Positions 53,050-62,876 of a DNA stretch of 64,000 bases are shown here, piece by piece. The position numbers were made by a program, and so were the translations under genes. Origin of the DNA: Paramoeba atlantica (Eukaryota > Protista > Discosea); NCBI GenBank assembly GCA_977017575.1, contig CDRNVI010000007.1, positions 300,102 through 364,101 on the forward strand, written 5' to 3'. Numbering within the stretch: the first letter of the stretch is position 1; each line of letters opens with the position of its first letter. Below the pieces are notes generated by a model. The model had not been told where the DNA came from. It ran no database searches and worked only from the letters and a program-made list of their open reading frames with translations.

Positions 53050-54891
53050 ATGGATGCATCACTTCTTCGAAAAGCTACTGCAGACACTCCAGATGCGACC
53101 CCAGGTTACCTCTATCGCGAAATCATCACGATGTCCTGTTCCAATCTCTTTGTAATGCGACAAGTAATGCAATACTTAATGTCTAATCTTTCCGAGATCA
53201 CAGCAAGTTCAAGCCCATTCGTCATAATGAAAACACTGAAAGTGATTCAGCAGCTGTGCGAGAGAGGGCATCCTGAAACTCGGAAGGAAGCAATGCGGTA
53301 CATTGAAACATTGAAAAAATGTGCATCTTTTCGAGGTAACATAAATTACGGAAATCAGTGGACGCAAGAGGTTTGTCAGGCTGTTCGATCAACCATCGAA
53401 GTACTGTATGACACTAACAGCTCCCATAAAGGCAGAAGCCATTTCTCAGACACTATTAAGGGAGACTATTCGGGGAGAGGAAGTCATAATGAAAATGACT
53501 TTTCGTCAAAGACGAGCGATCAAAACGGCTCTTATGAAACTTCTGAATTAGTTACCAAAGGCGTTAAACCGAGTTTGGGTCTTATAAAAGGGGGCAAACC
53601 TGAAGCTAGGCTTCTACCACAAGTTTCCACTTTTAAAGTAAAGCGTGAACTATACGTAACACCGCCCTTTCCACATTTTTCTTCTAATGAAAATATAGAA
53701 GATACTGAGCTTCAACAACTCAGAATCTCAACATCCTGCGACGACACGATTTCTGGCGAAAGTGTATTGCAGAATGCATCTGGCTCAGGTGTGATGCATG
53801 ACGAAGTACTGGATGTTCTATCTGAAATAGAAAAACTTGTTCAGTCTACCCGAGCTCCTAAATCAGATGACGTAAAACGCATATTGTCATGCTTAACAGA
53901 CAATGCGTCACATGTCATAGCTAAAATTGACGATACAAAGCTATCAGCAGCAATAAGTGGAAAACTTATTCTTTTTTTAGATGTACGTAAACCATGGCTA
54001 CAACGCTTGAATGCTCTACATATTATCGATATACTCTTGAGAAAAAGTTGGCATGAAGTGCATGCCTTCTTTTTACAAAGCTCGAGAGAAATTCTTCAAA
54101 ATACCTCAGTACCACAATCCTCTGTGCGTAGTAAAGCACGTGCAGTACTGAAGCTCCTGCAAGAAAATTTTAAGGCAACAGACTTCATAGATAATAATGA
54201 AGATTTCTCTGAGACCCGTCTTAAAATTTCAGGTCAAGAAGGTAAAAAGAATGTCTCGGATATTACTGTCTCGGATCCTATTAAAGAACTTTTTCTGACT
54301 ACATCAAGTGCAGGAAGAAACATTCAAGAAACATCAAACATACGCTGTGAAAATGTAGGTCGTCCAACTTTTTGTTCTCCTGATTCCGGTCTTGATACTT
54401 TCTTTCCATCAGGTGGGAATTCGGGCGACGTACGAAGTAGTAGCAAATCACACAGGTTAACTCGAACATTAGATCGAACACAAACAAGTATCGGTGACGT
54501 TACGCCATCTCTTTACGATAATGATTATCGCAAAAGGATTACTAATCTTTTTCCTCCACAAAGCTCATCTCCCTCCGTGGCTCCTTTTCACAGCACTGCA
54601 CAAAATTTTCCCATGGCGCCAATCGTATTTCATGGATTGAATTTAGCGACAAGAGATTCCATTCCCGACACCTCATCTAGTTTCACCCAGCATGTCCACG
54701 CTGGTATGAACTCGGATAAAATGTGCACCAAACAGGAAAAACATAGAATTAAAGACGATCACGGCATTATATTTGTTGATCAAGACCGAAAGTCGGACGT
54801 TTCTAGCAAAGATCTTTCTACGAAGCAAGAGGAAAACTCTTTATTTGCACCGTTACAAAAAATTCTTCAAGAAAAATTTGCCACTATGTGA
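53050..54891 (+). CDS. TEPSIN: tepsin (AP-4 accessory ENTH + VHS-like protein)
   Basis: LLRKATADTPDATPGYLYREI...KTLKVIQQLCERG ENTH variant plus a second helical domain (PWLQRLNALHII). Confidence 0.75.
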   Translation: MDASLLRKATADTPDATPGYLYREIITMSCSNLFVMRQVMQYLMSNLSEITASSSPFVIMKTLKVIQQLCERGHPETRKEAMRYIETLKKCASFRGNINYGNQWTQEVCQAVRSTIEVLYDTNSSHKGRSHFSDTIKGDYSGRGSHNENDFSSKTSDQNGSYETSELVTKGVKPSLGLIKGGKPEARLLPQVSTFKVKRELYVTPPFPHFSSNENIEDTELQQLRISTSCDDTISGESVLQNASGSGVMHDEVLDVLSEIEKLVQSTRAPKSDDVKRILSCLTDNASHVIAKIDDTKLSAAISGKLILFLDVRKPWLQRLNALHIIDILLRKSWHEVHAFFLQSSREILQNTSVPQSSVRSKARAVLKLLQENFKATDFIDNNEDFSETRLKISGQEGKKNVSDITVSDPIKELFLTTSSAGRNIQETSNIRCENVGRPTFCSPDSGLDTFFPSGGNSGDVRSSSKSHRLTRTLDRTQTSIGDVTPSLYDNDYRKRITNLFPPQSSSPSVAPFHSTAQNFPMAPIVFHGLNLATRDSIPDTSSSFTQHVHAGMNSDKMCTKQEKHRIKDDHGIIFVDQDRKSDVSSKDLSTKQEENSLFAPLQKILQEKFATM

Positions 54892-55164
54892 ACAGACACA
54901 GTTTATTCCTTGTATCTCAACCAAAACGACATGCTAAGTTTTGATGCGTTTTTTATGGACTCAAGACTAACTTTACCTCCTACACCTTTACCTACACTGC
55001 ATTTTATAAATTTTACTACCGCCTGTGTATACCACTGTATTTTACACAATAGAAATCCCGTCCAACCTCTAATAATACTATTTCAACGGGGTAAAACCTT
55101 TTTATATAGCGTAATTCAAGCATCGCATACACTATCCCATCCTTTTATATACCTCACCTCACGC

Positions 55165-56085
55165 ATGGGCAGCTCAAACCGCTCGTATGGGAACGATTCA
55201 AGACATGAGTCTCGTCGGGAGAGGCGCCGGGAGACCCGTAATGGTTCACTCGACCGTCGCGAAACCCACCGCAGCCGGGAACGGCGCGACTATGACTACT
55301 CGCAAAGAAGACGCGATGACCGAAGTCCTCGTCGTGACGCAAAGTCAGGCACGAAGGAGTACGATGAACGACGGAGACACGACCCACGCAGCGCTGAGCG
55401 ATACGGCAATAGCGATCGAGGCACCGGAGAGCTATATTCAGAGGCGCGCTATCCAGCTTCCCGCCGGGAGAGGTCTCGAGATCCCGTTTCACGCGACACA
55501 CGGAGAGGGGGGGGGAGCCCCGTACGTGGGGGTCGTTGGGAGGGAGATCGAATGAAACCCCAAAGAGACGCTTCCTCACCAACACCGAAGAGACGTCATG
55601 TTTCGCGAAAAGAAGACCCCGTACGCTGTGAGAGACTGGAAGAATATCCGTTCCTAGATCCGGAAAAGGCGGTGGTGCTTGCCGGAAGCTCACTTGCGGC
55701 CTATCATAAAAGCTTACACAACCGGCTGTATCTGGGGTGTTTGGGTACACAGCTCACGCTGGACGAACTACAGGATGCGCTCTCCACGTATGGGAACGTG
55801 AAAAACATAGGCATGGCCTATGAAAACGATGATTCAGAGGACACTCCACAAAGTAAGGGGTACTGTTTCGTAGATTTCGACGATCCCACTCCTGTGGCTC
55901 GGATATGCCACATGAAACCAGGCACTTTCCGCATCAAAGGGAGGATAGTAAAATTTATGCAACCTCGAATGAATGCCGAAGCGGCCGATAGTCAACGGGT
56001 CATGACTTATGAAGATGCCGTACGCCTCACACAAGCGGGAATCATTGAACTTACCAGTACGGACGCTGTTTCATTGGGTTCATAA
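55165..56085 (+). CDS. RS/RD-rich RRM protein (PUF60/RBM39/U2AF65-like)
   Basis: Arg/Asp/Ser-rich N-half; RLYLGCL (RNP2) and KGYCFVDF (RNP1). Confidence 0.75.
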   Translation: MGSSNRSYGNDSRHESRRERRRETRNGSLDRRETHRSRERRDYDYSQRRRDDRSPRRDAKSGTKEYDERRRHDPRSAERYGNSDRGTGELYSEARYPASRRERSRDPVSRDTRRGGGSPVRGGRWEGDRMKPQRDASSPTPKRRHVSRKEDPVRCERLEEYPFLDPEKAVVLAGSSLAAYHKSLHNRLYLGCLGTQLTLDELQDALSTYGNVKNIGMAYENDDSEDTPQSKGYCFVDFDDPTPVARICHMKPGTFRIKGRIVKFMQPRMNAEAADSQRVMTYEDAVRLTQAGIIELTSTDAVSLGS

Positions 56086-56496
56086 GGCAAGCTCATGAGT
56101 ATTTCACCATATTTTCCTCGTTGTTGTCATGTGAACATTCCAATTATGATACAGTATTCTAATGTTTGGACGGAAGGCAAAGCACTTAGCGCGAATCTTT
56201 GCCTTATACAGTATAGGCACCCCAAATACGTTGCTTGTGTTTTCTCAGCCCAATGAATCTTTTTTCTTTGACCATTGATCGTTGAGTGCGATTTTAGCGT
56301 ACAGTATGCAGTGTATTTCACAAATAAATCTGAACTTTACTATATCTAAACCTTACTTTTATCATGGCTTGTTCTAACACGTATCTCTATGTAGTTTACG
56401 TGTCTCTGTACAGCATATTGTATGTATCGCATTATAATAATTCCATAAGTTTTCATAAGTTTTAGCAAAACACTTTCACTCCTATTTTTTCACAAG

Positions 56497-57712
56497 CTGT
56501 GTAGGGCAAAATTACTCAGCGGGATTGCAATTGCATCTACCCTACGTGAAAACGTCAAAAATCTTATCTCCACGCACCGAGCCCAATGCCTCGCCTCTAA
56601 GATCTCCCTCCCTCACCCGGGCCTCGCCGTGGTCCACGTTGGGGAACCACCCGATGCCCAGTGCTACCTCAGGGCCACAAAAAAGTGCGCCGCTTACTGC
56701 GGCATCCGTGTCCGGTCGTACCCCCTCCCCGCGAATGCCTCCGCGGCCCAGCTCTATGCCCAGCTCTCCATACTCAACCATGATCCCTCCACCCATGGTA
56801 TCCTTCTCCTTTCTCCCCTTCCCCCTTCCCTGATTTCCCCTACCACCTTCTCCGCCATCTCCCCTGCCAAAGACGTGGACGGGGTACACTACGTAAACAC
56901 AGGAAAGCTATGGTGTGACACCACACCGTTGTCTTTTTCCTCTTCTTATCCTTTTGTACATACTTCCGGTTTATTTGATGCTGCTTCCTCCTCTTCTTTT
57001 TCCTCGATCACTTCTAATTGTACCACTGAACAGGAATTCTCCTTGGATTCCTCTTTTTCTAAAAATAAGCAGCGTTCCTTCGAAAAAGGATTCATCTCTG
57101 ACGCCTCTACCTCTGAAAAAAGGTTCGACTCTGATTCACTTTCATCCAATCATAAATTACCGCCCTCTTGTCCCTCTGAAAACACCAACCTCTCCTCTAA
57201 AAAGGACATGTATGTGTCTTCCTCAAACCCCTCGTTATCCTCTAATGAACAACAAGCTAAAACCTCCTTTTTATCCCCTCCGAACACCTCGTTATCCACT
57301 GGAAACCAAAACGAACCAAAAGAAACCTCCTTTTCATCCCCTCCAAACCCCACATTACCCTCCGAAACCCAAAACGAACAACAAGCCGCAACCTCCTTTC
57401 CATCCCCTCCAAACCCCGCATTACCCTCCGAAACCCAAAACGAACAACAGCAAAAAGAGACCTCCTTTTCCTCCTCCTCTTCCTCCTCCTCTTCCTCCTC
57501 CTCTTCCTCCTCATCCTCTTCCCCATCTCCCTCATCTCCCTCCTCATCTTCCCCCCTCCCCCCCCTCCTCCCCTGCACCCCCCTCGCGATCCTCACCCTC
57601 CTCACCGCCCACCACATCCTCCCCCCCTCCCCCCCCTCCCCCCACGTCGTCGTCCTCAGCACCTCCCCCGTCGTCGGCCTCCCCCTCGCACGCCTCCTGC
57701 TCCGCGCCGCCC
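56497..57712 (+). CDS. folD: methylene-THF dehydrogenase/cyclohydrolase, no in-frame ATG, large insertion, 3'-truncated at the junction
   Basis: [63 protein letters not shown]. Confidence 0.8.
57187..57470 (+). repeat. ~63-69-bp coding tandem repeat ([20 protein letters not shown]) inside FolD
   Basis: Three clear units plus one degenerate unit, followed by a poly-Ser tract. Confidence 0.85.
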
Positions 57713-60387
57713 TCCATATCTGCAGGGAATGATCCGTTATTTGTTATAGACGGTATTCCAATATCTAGAAACCTTACTTCATCCAATATTGGTGGTGTTT
57801 CAAGAAGACGGGCTAGCTTTCAACCACCTCCAATAAATCCTTTGGCCACCTTAAATCCAAATGACATTGCTTCCATAGAAGTGCTAAAAGATGCATCAGC
57901 AGCTGCAATTTACGGCTCGCGGGGTGGAAACGGTGTTCTTTTGATTACAACCAAAAAAGGATCTGCAACAGATAAAGGAAGGTTTTCTTTCGATTCTTAT
58001 TTCAGCATTCAAAATGTTGCAAATAAGATTGATTTAATGAATGCTTCAGAACTTATCAATTATACTCGGGACGCCAGAAATAACAATTATCTTTCTTCTG
58101 TGGACGGAGCGTCAATTGATGACCCCATTGGAGATGGGGACAGGGGAAACACAAATTTCGAAATGCCAGAATCTTTCATTAATTGGGATGGTACGGACAC
58201 TGATTGGCAAGATGCCATTTTTCAAACCGGTACAATCCAGAGCTATAATTTTTCCTATGCTTCACCCATCCGGAACAACACAAGCTTTTTTGCTTCGGCA
58301 AGCTATTTCAGTCAAGAAGGTATTTTGGACAAGTCAACCTTTGACAGATATAATCTACTGTTGAATTTGAACTCACAACTAACGGATAAGCTGAACCTTG
58401 ATTTAAGGGTTGCTCCATCAATTACAGAAAACCAAAGAGTACCTGCCTCGGCGCCATATTTTGCAAGACCACCTGGGGTGGTATATTCTGCAATTGTGCA
58501 TTCCCCCACGGTCAGCCCTCTTAATTCAGATGGCACAGTTAACCAGCTAAATAATCAATCTTATTTGGGTGGAGGTACTACCACTGCTAGTAATCCACTA
58601 GCGGTTTTGAATGCAATAGATGATGAAATTTTTCAATTTCAAACACGGGCTTCGTTAGGTTTATCCTATGAAATAATACCAGAGCTAACGTTTAGAACTT
58701 TTGGAGGAACGTATGTCAATCTTTATAATCAAGATTTTTACCGAGGGAACTCACTTTTGTATAGAAATGCAACGGAGGGAGAATCTTATGCTCAGGCAAC
58801 CTCTTCGACAGAAGTGAATTGGCTTGGGAGAATACCTTAAATTGGGAAAAGGAATTTGGTGATCACTTCTTTAATGCGGTAGCCGGTTATACCGCCCAAA
58901 GGGATAATATCACTATTAAGGAGGTTTTGGCGGATAACTTTCCAGATGACTTGGTAACCACCATAAGTGGAGGGCAAGTATTTGCGGGTAATTCAATTCA
59001 GGAACAATGGACCCTTGCGTCTGCACTGTTCAGGATTAACTATAGCTATAAGGACAAATACTTGTTTACAGGGACAATTCGCTCAGATAAATCTTCCCGT
59101 TTTGGAGCCAACAACCAAACAGGGTATTTTCCATCGTTTTCTGCAGGATGGCGTTTGAATGAAGAAGATGTATTTAAATCTATAGATGCCATTTCAGAAC
59201 TTAAACTTAGATTCAGCTGGGGAGAAACCGGAAATTTTGAAATACCTAATTATGGTGCAATTGGTTTACTTTCCCCGGACAACTATAATTCGGGAGGTAG
59301 TGAAATCAATGGTTTGATTCAGTCCACAATTCCAAATCCTGAGTTGACTTGGGAAAAATCGCAACAAACCAACATTGGACTTGAACTAGGTTTGTTTGAT
59401 AATCGGGTCTTTCTTTTGGCGGATTACTACGATACCAAAACTTCAGATCTATTATTGAATGTTAGTATTTCAGCAGTATCTGGTTTTCAGACAACCTTGC
59501 AGAACTTGGGAGAAGTCAAAAACAGTGGATTTGAACTGGCATTGAGAACAAAGAACTTTGTTGGAGATTTTACCTGGGATACAGATTTTAACTTATCTAC
59601 TAATAAAAACGAGGTAATATCACTAAATGAAAATAATGAGCCTATTTTCTCCGCAGGTAGTGCGGGGGTAAGACATGTTACAAGGGTCGGAGATCCAATA
59701 GGAAGTTACTTTGGTTATGTGGTGGACGGAATTTACCAAAGTCAAGCAGAGATTGACAACGCACCCGTTGACACCCAGGCACCAGATCCTTCTCCGGGAG
59801 ATTTTAGATTTAAGGATGTAGATGGTGATGGAGAGATAACCCCTGATGATAGAACAGTGACCGGAAGCTATTTCCCTGATTTTACTTGGGGGATTAACAA
59901 CAGGTTGACATTTAAAGGATTGGATTTAAGCTTCTTGATTCAAGGAGTTGAGGGGAATGAAATTTTGAATCTTACCTCTAGGCACTTAAAAAATGGAGAG
60001 GCTAACTTTAATTCTTATGCCGTTTTCAATAATAGGTGGCGGTCAGCTTCAGAGCCTGGAAATGGAAGTATTCCGAGAGCTGATAGGCAAACAGGAAATC
60101 ATGGAAATAATAATAGACCCTCTTCTTTTCAAGTAGAAGATGGCTCCTTTATTCGATTGCGAAATGTTACACTAGGATATTCCTTGCCTACGAACAATCT
60201 TTTCGGGAACAGTATCGATAGGTTAAGGTTTTATATCACTGGTACCAACTTGTTTACAATTACAGACTACTTGGGCTACAACCCGGAGGTCAGTAATATT
60301 TCTACCAATAGTTTAACCCCAGGGGAGGATTATGGAGCTTATCCATTGACTAAGTCAATAACAATGGGCATCAATCTAACCTTTTAA
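57713..60387 (+). CDS. susC: SusC/RagA TonB-dependent receptor (5'-truncated, one frameshift at ~58824)
   Basis: [51 protein letters not shown] plug motif; [24 protein letters not shown]-terminal GINLTF; adding one T restores NWLWENTLNW. Confidence 0.93.
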
Positions 60388-60403
60388 TTTAAAACTGTAG
60401 AAG

Positions 60404-61801
60404 ATGAAAAAAATAATTATTATAGCAATAGCGCTGTGCATAACATCTGCTTGTACTGAGGATTTTACGGAATTGACTCCCATTTCAAACCGAAATGAAG
60501 CCGATTTCTTCAACAATGCAAATGACTTCGTAGCATCAATTAACGCCAGTTATGCTGGACTACAGGATGTTGGAGTATACGGAAGAGCCTACTGGACCAT
60601 GTTTGAGATGCGTTCTGATAATAGTGATCAAGGCCCGGATGCCACGGGTTTGGCAAGACAGTTTACTGAAATTAATGCTTTTACGGAAGACCCATTAAAT
60701 GAACAAGTGGATGCAGCTTGGAGCGGTTCATATAAAGTAATTGCAAATTGCAATGTTATTCTAGATCGGATAGACCCAATAGAAATAGATGCTACGCTAA
60801 AAAGCAGAATTATTGGCGAAGCCATTTTCCTTCGATCCCTGATGTATTATCATTTGGCGGTTGCCTTTGGCAATATCCCATTGCAATTAACACCATTTGT
60901 TCCAGGGGACGATTTGGTTCAAGTGGATGCAGCAACGGTTTATGGACAGATAGTTGCGGATTTAGCTACTGCTGAAGCCAATTTACCTATCTCTTACCCA
61001 GCTAGTGATATGGGTAGGGCGACCAAGGGAGCTGCAGCAACCCTATTGGCAAAAATACTTTTGACTACGGGACAAGATTCTGAAGCGGAAACAGTTTTAC
61101 GTAGGATAATCAATGATTACAACTATGAATTGGTACCAAACTATGCTGATTTATGGGGCGCATCCAATGAGAACAACGTTGAATCAATTTTTGAAGTACA
61201 GTTTATAAGTGGAGGGATTGGTCAAGGAAGTGCCTTTACCAATGACTTTTCTCCAAGTGCCATTTTACAAACTGGGCAGGGTTTTGCTAGGAACAGACCC
61301 ACTGCAACCATGGAAAATGCTTATGAAGCAGGAGACTTGCGATTAGACCCATCCATGGGAACCACATGGATAAACGAAAATGCAGAAGTTGTTGTGCAAA
61401 ATTATGTAAGAAAATATGAGAGTGATCCTCCAACAGAAAATGATTCAGATGTAAACTTTGTGGTCTTCCGATATGCAGATGTATTGCTAATGCTTGCGGA
61501 AGCTCTCGGGGAATCAACAGAGAGTTACAGCTTAATAAATCAAGTAAGGGCAAGAGCAGGGTTGGGTGCCATTGATGCAGCTACACCTGGTTCTTTTGAG
61601 GAAAAACTTCTTGATGAAAGGCGGGTTGAACTGGCCTTTGAAAATCATCGTTGGCCAGACCTAAGAAGGTTTGGAGTGGTTGTGGAAAAATTGATGGAAG
61701 CTGAACCCGATGTCATTGAGTCAAGCGCAATTAGAAATCTGTTTTTTATTCCACAAAGAGAATTGGATATCAATCCCAATTTTATTCAGAACGATAACTA
61801 A
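60404..61801 (+). CDS. susD: SusD/RagB glycan-binding outer-membrane lipoprotein
   Basis: Lipoprotein signal (ITSAC), GEAIFLRSLMY, GRATKGAA, FRYADVLLMLAEA, ERRVELAFENHRWPDLRR. Confidence 0.93.
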   Translation: MKKIIIIAIALCITSACTEDFTELTPISNRNEADFFNNANDFVASINASYAGLQDVGVYGRAYWTMFEMRSDNSDQGPDATGLARQFTEINAFTEDPLNEQVDAAWSGSYKVIANCNVILDRIDPIEIDATLKSRIIGEAIFLRSLMYYHLAVAFGNIPLQLTPFVPGDDLVQVDAATVYGQIVADLATAEANLPISYPASDMGRATKGAAATLLAKILLTTGQDSEAETVLRRIINDYNYELVPNYADLWGASNENNVESIFEVQFISGGIGQGSAFTNDFSPSAILQTGQGFARNRPTATMENAYEAGDLRLDPSMGTTWINENAEVVVQNYVRKYESDPPTENDSDVNFVVFRYADVLLMLAEALGESTESYSLINQVRARAGLGAIDAATPGSFEEKLLDERRVELAFENHRWPDLRRFGVVVEKLMEAEPDVIESSAIRNLFFIPQRELDINPNFIQNDN

Positions 61802-61962
61802 TTTTAAGTTCGCTATTTGTTTGAGTTAGTTTGATCCCATTATCAGATTTTACCTGCTTATGCTTATAAAAGGCAAACACATTGGCGTCAAAACATATGC
61901 TCACAAACAAATATTGTGTGATTGATTAGCAACTTAGAACCTTTAATATAAAGAACAACATA

Positions 61963-62847
61963 ATGAAAAATCTTTTAATAATTATTTGCATGTGCATTGG
62001 AGTTTTAGCGCAAGCACAGGAACAAAAAGTACTAAACATTATTGCAGTCGGCGCTCACCCCGACGACTGCGACTCCAAGTTTGGAGGTACGGCGGCGCTA
62101 TTTGCCAAAATGGGGCATAGGGTAAAGTTTGTGGCATTGACCAATGGAGATGCCGGACATCAAAGTATGGGTGGGGGTGTTCTCGCTAAGCGAAGACGTG
62201 CCGAGGCCAAAAGAGCAGCAGAAATTTTGGGAATCGAATACGACGTATTAGACAACCATGATGCAGAATTGATTCCAACACTTAATGTTAGACAACAGGT
62301 AATCAGAAAAATTCGTGAGTGGGATGCCGATATTGTTCTCGGTCTGCGGCCAAATGACTATCACCCTGATCATAGAAATGCGGGAATTGCGGTTCAAGAT
62401 GCTGCTTATTTGGTTATCGTACCTAATGTTACACCAGATACCCCTCCTTTACAAAAGAATCCGGTTTTTATTTATATGAACGACCATTTCCAAAAACCAT
62501 ATCCATTTTCAAAAGATATCGCAGTGGTAATAGATGAAGTAATTGATACTAAAGTAAAGGCCTTGGCAGCGCATGATTCTCAAATGTTTGAGTGGCTTCC
62601 ATGGGTGAGCGGTGCCGATATGAGTCAGATTCCTTCTGGTGAAGTTGAACGAATTAATTGGTTGAAGCAACGATGGGCAAAAGAAAAAACTTGGGATGAA
62701 GTTGAAGCAAATGCAATAAAGAAATGGTATCCTAATATAGCCGTAACCAATGCCAAACATGCAGAGTTTTTTGAAATATGTGAGTATGGAAAGCAACCAA
62801 CCGATGAGGAAATAAAACAACTCTTCCCAATGCTTGGTAAAAAATAA
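61963..62847 (+). CDS. PIG-L/LmbE-family metal-dependent de-N-acetylase with signal peptide
   Basis: AHPDDCD and YHPDH metal ligands, LTNGDAG, RRAEA; Sec-type N-terminus. Confidence 0.9.
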   Translation: MKNLLIIICMCIGVLAQAQEQKVLNIIAVGAHPDDCDSKFGGTAALFAKMGHRVKFVALTNGDAGHQSMGGGVLAKRRRAEAKRAAEILGIEYDVLDNHDAELIPTLNVRQQVIRKIREWDADIVLGLRPNDYHPDHRNAGIAVQDAAYLVIVPNVTPDTPPLQKNPVFIYMNDHFQKPYPFSKDIAVVIDEVIDTKVKALAAHDSQMFEWLPWVSGADMSQIPSGEVERINWLKQRWAKEKTWDEVEANAIKKWYPNIAVTNAKHAEFFEICEYGKQPTDEEIKQLFPMLGKK

Positions 62848-62876
62848 CCTCCAATCCTATAAAACCAACAAAACTG

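Noticed and set aside
57720-57725. PstI site CTGCAG at the junction suggesting a cloning artefact
   Set aside because: SusC-like codons (TCC ATA TCT) begin upstream of the site, so the breakpoint does not coincide with it
56915-58840. 641-aa ORF that looks like a Pro-rich protein fused to a TonB receptor plug
   Set aside because: The N-half is an alternative frame of the C-rich FolD insert that happens to run into susC across the junction; not a real fusion gene
61813-61913. Imperfect long-range inverted repeat between susD and the deacetylase
   Set aside because: About 12 bp with a bulge and a ~75-nt loop, no U-tract; too weak to call a terminator or riboswitch
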